Of a stretch of 64,000 bases of DNA, positions 48,778 through 56,635 are shown piece after piece (positions within the stretch are counted from its first letter, which is position 1; each line of letters opens with the position of its first letter). The DNA comes from an uncultured Acidobacteriota bacterium. Its GTDB lineage: Bacteria; Acidobacteriota; Thermoanaerobaculia; Gp7-AA8. The stretch spans positions 1,248,001-1,312,000 of the forward strand of contig CAWGHO010000001.1 in the NCBI GenBank assembly GCA_963822445.1, read 5' to 3'. The notes under the pieces are model-generated. The model did not search any database and had not been told where the DNA came from. It saw only the letters and a program-made list of their open reading frames with translations. The translations under genes and the position numbers were made by a program.

Positions 48778-50592
48778 ATGTCCGAGTACACCTATTACGG
48801 TGGGCAGAAGCTCTATCTCAACAAGAAGACCGACGAGTTCGTCACGCGCGCATTGCCCGAGGACCTCCGCGCCGGCGGCTTCGATGCACGCGAACAACTC
48901 TCGTCGCAGTCGAGCCGCGTCAAGACGTCCCCCGGTGAGCTCGAGGAAACCATGGCCGCGGCGCGCGAGGTCGCGCCGACGCACCATGCCTACACCGTCG
49001 ACGAGACCAGCGAGGACTTCCTCCTCACCGATCGCATCCTGGTGAGATTCCGTGAAGTACTCCCTGACGCCGATGTAGCGGCGTTCGCCGGGCGCTACGG
49101 TCTCTTCATGAAGGAGAAGTACGGCGATCGCGACTACCTGTTCCAGGTGCTCACGGCGGCGGGCCGCAATCCGGTGAAGATCGTCGTCGACCTGAACGAA
49201 AACGCATCGGACATCGTCGAGATGGCTGAGAACGACGCGAACATGGTCGCCTCGACGTACGCGCGGCCCCTCCCCACCGATCCGTCCTTCAACGATCAGT
49301 GGCACCTGCACACAAACCGCTCCCATCCCGACTTCGACGCACGCTCGTCGTCGCTCTGCGTCAACGCCTGGGAACAGCTCGGACAGGGGAACATCCTCGG
49401 CACGGGCAATCCCGACGTCGTCATCGGCGTCACCGACGACGGCTGCCGTCTCGATCATGCCGACTTCAACTCGACCGGGAAGTTCGCGCAGTGGGGCTAC
49501 TTCGTGGGCGAGCGTCTCGTGCGGCGCGACGACGGCGATGCCGAGCCGGAGAAGATGTATCAGAGCGGCTCGAATCACGGGACCTCGTGCGCGGGCGTGA
49601 TCGCCGCTGAATCCGATACCGAGCTGACCGTCGGAGCCGCGCCGGGCTGCCGGCTGCTGCCGATCAAATGGGAATCGAGCGGGTCGAGTCTGTTCATCAG
49701 CGACTCGAAGCTGCTCACGGCCATCAACTTCATGGCCTCGCGTGTCGACATCGTTTCAAACTCCTGGGGCAGCCGGCCGACCACTCGTCGCAGCGCGTTC
49801 GTGACCGCGCGTATCCGGGCGCTCGCTGCGACCGGCGGACGCCGCGGCAAAGGAATCGTCTTCCTCTGGGCCGCGGGAAACGAAAACTGCCCGGTGGCTC
49901 ACAGCGGAAACGTCGACGTGCCGTTCACGCACGGCTGGGCTTTCCAGGGCAACACACCGGTGTGGGTGGGCGTGGAGACCAGCCGCACGTTCGTGAACAA
50001 CCTCGCCGGAATCGAGAACGTCATGATCGTTGCCGCGCTGGCAAGCACCGCGCGCAGAAGCCACTACTCGAACTACGGCACCGGTCTGACCCTGTGTGCG
50101 CCGACGAGCAATTCACACGCGTACGGCCGCGGCCCGGTGCGGGGTCTCGGCATCACCACGGCGAGCGGCGACACCACGCAGACCGTCACCTCACGTTTCG
50201 GCGGCACGTCGAGCGCGACGCCACTGGTGGCAGGCATCGCCGCGCTGGTCATCTCGGCCAATCCCGATCTCACGGCCGCGCAAGTGATCTCGATCCTCAA
50301 GCGCACGGCCGGAAAGGATCTCGACACGACGCCCTACGTGCGCACGCCGCCCGCGAACTTCGATCCGAATCCGAACTGGGACGTCTCGCCGATCGCGCCG
50401 TTCGTCGACCCCACCTTCGTCGACATCGGCGATCCCGATGGCACCTGGAGTCCCTGGTTCGGCCACGGACGCGCGGACGCGGGACGCGCCGTCGAGGCGG
50501 CGCTCCAGAGCCTGACGGCCACGCCCGTGATCGAGGGCGGTCGCTCGCCGAAGCTCAAACCGATCGAAGAGTCCCGCCAGATCTCCGCGTAG
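48778..50592 (+). CDS. Subtilisin-like S8 serine peptidase without an obvious signal peptide
   Basis: VTDDG (Asp), HGTSCAG (His), AAGN, FGGTSSATP (Ser); SD AAGGAGG. Confidence 0.9.
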   Translation: MSEYTYYGGQKLYLNKKTDEFVTRALPEDLRAGGFDAREQLSSQSSRVKTSPGELEETMAAAREVAPTHHAYTVDETSEDFLLTDRILVRFREVLPDADVAAFAGRYGLFMKEKYGDRDYLFQVLTAAGRNPVKIVVDLNENASDIVEMAENDANMVASTYARPLPTDPSFNDQWHLHTNRSHPDFDARSSSLCVNAWEQLGQGNILGTGNPDVVIGVTDDGCRLDHADFNSTGKFAQWGYFVGERLVRRDDGDAEPEKMYQSGSNHGTSCAGVIAAESDTELTVGAAPGCRLLPIKWESSGSSLFISDSKLLTAINFMASRVDIVSNSWGSRPTTRRSAFVTARIRALAATGGRRGKGIVFLWAAGNENCPVAHSGNVDVPFTHGWAFQGNTPVWVGVETSRTFVNNLAGIENVMIVAALASTARRSHYSNYGTGLTLCAPTSNSHAYGRGPVRGLGITTASGDTTQTVTSRFGGTSSATPLVAGIAALVISANPDLTAAQVISILKRTAGKDLDTTPYVRTPPANFDPNPNWDVSPIAPFVDPTFVDIGDPDGTWSPWFGHGRADAGRAVEAALQSLTATPVIEGGRSPKLKPIEESRQISA

Positions 50593-50608
50593 AAAAAGGG
50601 ATCCCGGG

Positions 50609-50647
50609 AGGTCCGCCGGCGCAAGGCCGGCGGACCTTTTCATTTTC
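50609..50647 (+). terminator. Intrinsic terminator after the S8 peptidase gene
   Basis: AGGTCCGCCGGC-loop-GCCGGCGGACCT followed by TTTCATTTT. Confidence 0.75.
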
Positions 50648-50651
50648 CGCC

Positions 50652-50680
50652 TTGCATTCTCCCCCGGCCTTGGCGATACT
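50652..50680 (+). promoter_or_regulatory. Putative sigma70 promoter of rho (leader of about 125 nt)
   Basis: TTGCAT-17 bp-GATACT. Confidence 0.5.
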
Positions 50681-50813
50681 ACGCCGCACCTCGCGCGACG
50701 ATTCATGCGTTAGGCATTCCCGCTGGGCGTTGAGACTTGATCCTCCGCCCCGAGTCGTCGATTCCCGGGACTCGCAGGTGATAAAGCTCATTCGGTTTTG
50801 AATTTGAGTTCAG

Positions 50814-52181
50814 ATGACACCAGACGATCGCACTCCGCGTAAGCGGCGTCGCCGCAGACGCCGCGGGGGCAGTGCCGGGCCTGAAGGGCAACCTCAGGGC
50901 AACGGCAACGGCCCTTCACCAGGCAATGAAGCAGCTTCTTCCGGCCAGTACGGCGCCGGCGGAGGAGGACGTCGCCGGCGTCGCTCCCGCCGCGGGCGAG
51001 GCAGCGGCGAGGGTCGCGAAGGCGCCCGGCCGTCGCAGGACACCGGGAGCGTTCCGTTGCCGCTCGACATCGCCCCGGGCGAGCTCGTGCCGGCCAGAGG
51101 CGTTCTGTTCATCAAGCAGAACGGCACCGGCATTCTCGTCAAGCCGGAGAACAACTACTACACGATGCCGGGCGATCCGATCGTGCCGCGCTCGCTGGTG
51201 GAGAAGCTCCATCTGCAGGCCGGCCTCGAGATCAGCGGCTCGGCGCGCCGCGCCGGCAACAACCTCGAGTTCATCGGTCTCGAGTCCATCGAGGGGATGA
51301 CCGTCGAGGAGTATCGCGACTCGCGCCGTCCGTTCTCCGAGCTCATTTCCATCGATCCGAACGAAGTGTTCAAGCTCGAGACCGAGCCCGAGCGCCTCAC
51401 CACGCGCGTCCTCGATCTGCTATCCCCGCTCGGCAAAGGGCAGCGCTGCCTCATCGTCGCGCCGCCGAAAGCCGGCAAGACGACGCTCCTCAAGGACATC
51501 GCCCACGGCATCAACCTGAATCATCCCGACGTGATGCTCTTCGTGCTGCTCGTCGATGAGCGCCCCGAGGAAGTCACCGACTTCCGGCGCTCCGTGGAGC
51601 AGGGAGAAGTGGTGGCGTCGAGCTCCGACGAGACCGCGGAGAGCCACATTCACCTCGCCGAGATCATCCTCGAGCGCGCCCGCCGGCTGGTCGAGATCAA
51701 GAAGGACGTAGTCATCCTCTGCGACTCGATCACCCGCATGTCGCGCGCGTACAACAACGAGCAGCGCGGCTCGGGCAAGATCCTCTCCGGCGGCATCGAC
51801 GCCCGGACCATGGAAAAGCCGCGGCGCTTTTTCGGTGCTGCACGCAATGCCGAGGACTGGGGCTCGCTGACCATCATCGCCACGGCGCTGGTCGACACCG
51901 GCTCGCGCATGGACGAGGTCATCTTCCAGGAATTCAAAGGCACCGGGAACACCGAAATCGTGCTCGACCGCGGCCTTTTCGAGCGGCGGATCTTCCCGGC
52001 CATGAACATCGGCCAGACCGGCACGCGCAAGGAAGAAAAGCTTCTGCCGCCGACCGTTCTGCCGAAGATCCACATCCTCCGCCGGGCTCTGGCGGGGACC
52101 GATCCGCTCACGGCCATGAAGATGCTGCTCGAGAAACTCCAGAAGTACCCGTCGAACGAAGCGTTCCTCAAGAGCTTCTAA
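50814..52181 (+). CDS. rho: Transcription termination factor Rho (atypical N-terminus)
   Basis: PLGKGQR.LIVAPPKAGKT, LVDERPEEVTD, DSITR, SGGID, GSLTIIATALVDTGSRMDEVIFQEFKGTGN. Confidence 0.95.
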   Translation: MTPDDRTPRKRRRRRRRGGSAGPEGQPQGNGNGPSPGNEAASSGQYGAGGGGRRRRRSRRGRGSGEGREGARPSQDTGSVPLPLDIAPGELVPARGVLFIKQNGTGILVKPENNYYTMPGDPIVPRSLVEKLHLQAGLEISGSARRAGNNLEFIGLESIEGMTVEEYRDSRRPFSELISIDPNEVFKLETEPERLTTRVLDLLSPLGKGQRCLIVAPPKAGKTTLLKDIAHGINLNHPDVMLFVLLVDERPEEVTDFRRSVEQGEVVASSSDETAESHIHLAEIILERARRLVEIKKDVVILCDSITRMSRAYNNEQRGSGKILSGGIDARTMEKPRRFFGAARNAEDWGSLTIIATALVDTGSRMDEVIFQEFKGTGNTEIVLDRGLFERRIFPAMNIGQTGTRKEEKLLPPTVLPKIHILRRALAGTDPLTAMKMLLEKLQKYPSNEAFLKSF

Positions 52182-52189
52182 CCCGGTTT

Positions 52190-52332
52190 TCGCAACCATA
52201 TTTTTGAACTTCTGTACACAAAATTGAAGTCCTTGACTTGGGTCGGGGACAGAATCACCATGCCTCACTACTTCCGCTCTAATTTGTGAGGGCGCGGTCC
52301 ACTTCAGCTTTCAAATCCTGTCAGGAGGATCT
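52190..52332 (+). promoter_or_regulatory. AT-rich promoter region of the second TBDR gene
   Basis: TTGACT at 52233; ACTTC...GAAGT inverted repeat around TGTACA; SD AGGAGG. Confidence 0.35.
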
Positions 52333-55300
52333 ATGTCCGTACCCCGTCGTCTAGTAGTTTTGATGATCGTGGGCTTGCTGGCGATTACGCCGGCCGCCTT
52401 TGCCCAGGTGACGACCGGCAGCATCGCCGGAACCGTTACTGCCGCGGGTGAAGCGCTGCCTGGCGTCACCGTCGAAGCAGTCCACGTCCCGACCGGCACG
52501 CGCTATGACGCCATCAGCGGCGCGAATGGCCGGTTCGTAATTGCGAACGTTCGCGTCGGCGGCCCGTACCGCGTGACGGCGACGCTGGAAGGCTTCCGAA
52601 CGTTCGAAGCCACCAACGTCACCGTGCCGCTCGGAGCCACCGCCGACGTCCCGGTGAATCTCGCGCTGGCCACCGTGTCCGAGGCCATCACCGTGACGGC
52701 CGAAGCGGACCCGCTGATCAACCCGAACCGCACCGGTGCGACGTCGACCGTCTCGACTGAAGAGATCGAGACGCTGCCGACGGTGAACCGCACGCTGCAG
52801 GACTTCGCCCGTACGAACCCGTACGTCAACGTCGACCCGCAGGACTTCTCGGCCACCCGCATGACCGTGGCCGGCAAGAACAACCGCTACAACTCGATTC
52901 AGATCGACGGCGCGGTCAACAACGATCTGTTCGGTCTCGCCGACACCGGTACGCCGGGCGGTCAGGCCGACGCGCTGGCGATCTCGCTCGACGCGATCCA
53001 GGAGATCCAGGTCGCGGTCTCGCCGTACGACGTCCGCCAGGGCGGCTTCACGGGCGGCGGCGTCAACGCCATCACCCGCTCGGGCACGAACGACCTGGCA
53101 GGATCGGTCTTCTATTCGAAGCGCGATCCGAAGTTCGTCGGCGAAGGCCCGAACAACAACCCCATCGCCGAGTTCTCGGCGGAGCAGTACGGCGGCCGCC
53201 TCGGCGGACGCATCCTCCGCGACAAGCTGTTCTTCTTCGTCAACGGCGAGCGCAGCGACCGCGCCGAGGATGACGACTACACGGCGCAGGATTACCGGCA
53301 GCCGGCGGACGTCCAGACTGTCGCCGATTTCCTCATGGACCGGTTCGACTACGATCCGGGCACACTCGGATCGATCGCGCGCACCAAGTACAGCAAGAAC
53401 CTCTTCGGCCGCATCGACTGGAACGTGAACAACTCCAACCAGTTCACGGTCCGCCACAACTACGTCGATGCCGCGAACGACGTCATCTCCGACCGCTTCG
53501 CGACCCGCTTCCGTTTCCCGAACTCGACGTACTTCTTCGCCGACGAGACCAATCAGACCGTCGCGCAGTTGAACAGCACGTTCGGCGCGGCCTATAACGA
53601 AGCCCGCGTCAACTACACCACCATCCGCGACCGCCGCGCCTCCCCGGGAGCTTTCCCCGGAATCGAGATCGGCGGCACGGGCCCGCGCAGCGCCGACATC
53701 ATCGCCGGCGCCGAGCAGTTCTCCACGGCGAACTCGCTCGACCAGGACATCCTCGAGATCACGGACGACTTCACGTTCATCCGCGGGTCCCACACCATCA
53801 CGGTCGGCACGCACAACGAGCTCTTCGAGTTCAACAACGTGTTCATGCCGAGCGCGTTCGGCCATTACTACTTCCCGACCCTCGCCGACTTCCTGGCGCT
53901 GAACCCATCGCAGTACTTCTACACATTTGCCGAAGGCGGTATCAACCCGTCGCAGTTCCAGGTCAACCAGCTCGGCGTCTACGCCAGCGACCAGTGGACC
54001 ATGCGGCCGAACCTCACGCTCACCTTCGGTCTGCGTGCGGACATGACCCAGTATCCCGACGCACCGAACTACAACCCCATCGTCGAGACGGCCGTCGGCT
54101 ACAAGACCTCGGCAACGCCGGATGAGAGCCCGACCATCTCCCCGCGCCTCGGCTTCAACTGGCAGATCAGCGACGGCCAGCAGCTGCGTGGCGGCGTCGG
54201 CATCTTCGCCGGCCGCACGCCTTATGTCTGGGTGTCCAACGCCTATGGCGGATCCGGCATCGGCCAGCTCTCGATCTCGTGCATCGAGACGACCAACCCC
54301 GCGACCAACTGCTCGCCGACGTTCGTCGCCGACCCGTTCAACCAGCCTACGAGCTTCCCGGCCGGCGGTGGTGCGTTCGAAACGTCGCTGACCGATCCCG
54401 ATTTCCAGGCCCCGCGTGTGTGGCGCGCCACTCTCGGCTATGACCGCGTGCTTCCGTTCGACATTCGCGCGACTGCCGAAGTGCTCTACTCGAAGAACAT
54501 CCAGGACGTGTACTACCAGAACCCCAACTACATCGACACCGGCACACCCAGCCCGATCGACGGACGCCCGGTGTATCGCCGCAAGAGCACCGCGCTCAGC
54601 AACGCCCTGCTGCTCACGAACACGGACAAGGGCGAGCAGCTCATGGGGTCGATCCAGTTCAACAAGGACTTCGGCCGCTTCTTCACGATGAGCGCTCAGT
54701 ACGCTCATCAGGATGCGACCTCCGCGTTCGACGGCGGATCTGCCACGGCGAGCTCGCAGTGGCGCTTCCACCACACCTCGGGCGACATCTACGAGCCCGA
54801 AGTCTCCCGCTCTGCTTACGAGACGAAACACCGCATCAACATTTCCGGCACGTTCAACTTCAACACCGGATTCCTGACCCACGGCCTCGGCCTTTACTAC
54901 AACGCCACTTCGGGCCGCCCGTACTCGCTGCTGTTCGGTACGGACGTCAACGGCGACGGCCAGAGCTCGAACGATCTGCTCTACATCCCGGGCAGCGCCG
55001 ACCAGATCATTCTCCAGAACGCCGCGGGCCAGGTCATCAGCTATGCCCGTCTCGAGGACTACCTCCGGTACGCCGGTCTGGACCCGTTCGCCGGCCGGGT
55101 GATGGATCGCTACGAAGCGTTCGAGCCGTGGACGCGCCAGCTCGATCTCCACTACGAGATCGGTCTGCCGCCCTTCTCCGGCGTGGCGACGATGCTGACC
55201 GCCGACGTTTCGAACATCCTGGCCATGGTCGACAGCGAGTACGGCAACGTGCGCTATGTCCCCAATCAGAACTTCAATCCGGTGACCTACCGCGGTATCG

Positions 55301-55428
55301 ACACCGCCACCGGAAAACCGATCTACCGGGAGCGCGCCGCCGGCTTGCTCGATCCGGGCAGCCAGTTCAGCCTGGCCACGGACCGCTCACGCTGGCAGGC
55401 CCGCCTCGGCGTGCGCGTCACCTTCTAA
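52333..55428 (+). CDS. Oar-type TonB-dependent receptor
   Basis: LPGVTVEAVHVPTGT, VRVGGPY, IDGAVNNDLFGL, YDVRQGGFTGG.VNAITRSGTN, PRLGFNW, C-terminal RWQARLGVRVTF. Confidence 0.93.
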   Translation: MSVPRRLVVLMIVGLLAITPAAFAQVTTGSIAGTVTAAGEALPGVTVEAVHVPTGTRYDAISGANGRFVIANVRVGGPYRVTATLEGFRTFEATNVTVPLGATADVPVNLALATVSEAITVTAEADPLINPNRTGATSTVSTEEIETLPTVNRTLQDFARTNPYVNVDPQDFSATRMTVAGKNNRYNSIQIDGAVNNDLFGLADTGTPGGQADALAISLDAIQEIQVAVSPYDVRQGGFTGGGVNAITRSGTNDLAGSVFYSKRDPKFVGEGPNNNPIAEFSAEQYGGRLGGRILRDKLFFFVNGERSDRAEDDDYTAQDYRQPADVQTVADFLMDRFDYDPGTLGSIARTKYSKNLFGRIDWNVNNSNQFTVRHNYVDAANDVISDRFATRFRFPNSTYFFADETNQTVAQLNSTFGAAYNEARVNYTTIRDRRASPGAFPGIEIGGTGPRSADIIAGAEQFSTANSLDQDILEITDDFTFIRGSHTITVGTHNELFEFNNVFMPSAFGHYYFPTLADFLALNPSQYFYTFAEGGINPSQFQVNQLGVYASDQWTMRPNLTLTFGLRADMTQYPDAPNYNPIVETAVGYKTSATPDESPTISPRLGFNWQISDGQQLRGGVGIFAGRTPYVWVSNAYGGSGIGQLSISCIETTNPATNCSPTFVADPFNQPTSFPAGGGAFETSLTDPDFQAPRVWRATLGYDRVLPFDIRATAEVLYSKNIQDVYYQNPNYIDTGTPSPIDGRPVYRRKSTALSNALLLTNTDKGEQLMGSIQFNKDFGRFFTMSAQYAHQDATSAFDGGSATASSQWRFHHTSGDIYEPEVSRSAYETKHRINISGTFNFNTGFLTHGLGLYYNATSGRPYSLLFGTDVNGDGQSSNDLLYIPGSADQIILQNAAGQVISYARLEDYLRYAGLDPFAGRVMDRYEAFEPWTRQLDLHYEIGLPPFSGVATMLTADVSNILAMVDSEYGNVRYVPNQNFNPVTYRGIDTATGKPIYRERAAGLLDPGSQFSLATDRSRWQARLGVRVTF

Positions 55429-55446
55429 TACCAGTCTCAACGTGAT

Positions 55447-55487
55447 AAACGAGACGGCCACCCGCAACGGGTGGCCGTTTTCGTTTT
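55447..55487 (+). terminator. Intrinsic terminator after the TBDR gene
   Basis: ACGGCCACCCG-CAA-CGGGTGGCCGT followed by TTTCGTTTT. Confidence 0.75.
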
Positions 55488-55498
55488 CTGGAGGCTCG

Positions 55499-56326
55499 AT
55501 GAACCGGACTGTTTTCGTTCTCTCTCTTCTCCTCGCTTCGGCATGCACGACGACCACCACACCGCCCGCGTCGCAATGCAATGCCGGCCACACGCTGGTC
55601 AACGCGACGCTATGGGTTCAGAGCGCCGCCGAGTATCGCGCCTCGGCGCTGCAGACGTACGCGGCGGCAAAACAGCAACTCGACGCCGCGCTCGCTGATC
55701 GCACCTGGACCGGCGCCGAAGAAGAGAAGAATGAGGATGCGTCGCAGCCGCCGGCGGTGATCCTCGACCTCGACGAGACGACGCTCGACAACTCCGGCTT
55801 CGAGATCCGTGCGATCCGGCGGGGAATTACCTACGACAAGGCGCTGTGGCGCGAATGGGTGGCCGAGTCTGCGGCGGGCGCGGTTCCGGGCGCCGCGGAG
55901 TTTCTCGCTTACGCGCAGAGCCGCGGGGTCACTCCGTTTTACGTCACCAATCGCGACTTCGATCCCGAGCATCCCGGAACGCGCCGCAACCTCGAGCGCC
56001 TCGGATTTCCGCTGAGCGCGGACAACCTGCTGATGCGAGGCACGCGTCCGGAGTGGAAGAGCGACAAGTCCGGCCGCCGCGCGCACGTGGCCTCCACGCA
56101 TCGGGTGTTGATGCTCATCGGCGACGATCTCAACGACTTCATCAACGCGCGCGACAAATCGAAGGCGGAGCGCGACGCGATCATGGACCGCACCGCGAGC
56201 TGGTGGGGCACGCGCTGGTTCATGCTCCCCAATCCGATGTACGGATCATGGGAGAGCGCGGCCACGGGTGGCGGCGAGGGCACGCCGTGCGAACAGCTGC
56301 AGCGCAAGATCGACGCGCTGCGGTAA
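55499..56326 (+). CDS. Class C acid phosphatase / 5'-nucleotidase lipoprotein, e(P4) family (HAD)
   Basis: LASAC lipobox; WVQSAAEY, DLDET.LDNS, VTNR, K..RR, GDDLNDF, LPNPMYGSWE. Confidence 0.92.
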   Translation: MNRTVFVLSLLLASACTTTTTPPASQCNAGHTLVNATLWVQSAAEYRASALQTYAAAKQQLDAALADRTWTGAEEEKNEDASQPPAVILDLDETTLDNSGFEIRAIRRGITYDKALWREWVAESAAGAVPGAAEFLAYAQSRGVTPFYVTNRDFDPEHPGTRRNLERLGFPLSADNLLMRGTRPEWKSDKSGRRAHVASTHRVLMLIGDDLNDFINARDKSKAERDAIMDRTASWWGTRWFMLPNPMYGSWESAATGGGEGTPCEQLQRKIDALR

Positions 56327-56327
56327 A

Positions 56328-56607
56328 ACAGCGCGGCGCAGGATGCGCCGCGCGATGCGAGCGAGACGCTCGCTCTACGTCGTATGGCGGCCGTCCCGGC
56401 CGCATCGCGCCGGGCGTCCCGCCCGGCGCTGACAGCGCGGCGCAGGATGCGCCGCGCGTTGCGAGCGAGACGCTCGCCCTACGTCGTACGGCGGCCGTCC
56501 CGGCCGCTCGCGCCGGGCGTCTCGCCCGGCGCTGAACAGCGCGGCGCAGGATGCGCCGCGCGATGCGAGCGAGACGCTCGCCCCCCTTTGCGAGCGGGAC
56601 GCTCGCT
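56328..56607. repeat. Tandem array (about 2.5 copies, period 104 bp) of the multi-hairpin REP-like element
   Basis: Units starting acagcgcggcgcaggatgcgccgcgcg at 56328, 56432 and 56536; homologous to 39956..40055. Confidence 0.88.
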
Positions 56608-56635
56608 CCCCTGTGCGCTATCCTTCCGCGATCCT

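Noticed and set aside
50681-50813. Structured ncRNA in the rho leader
   Set aside because: No recognisable RNA family by eye; it may simply be an autoregulatory leader. An Rfam/Infernal search would decide.
56328-56607. Possible CRISPR array
   Set aside because: Whole 104-bp units repeat with no unique spacers, and there are no cas genes in the window.
56384-56635. Arg/Ala-rich N-terminal extension of the kinase ORF
   Set aside because: It is a translation of the REP-like array; the family-typical start is at TTG 56636.
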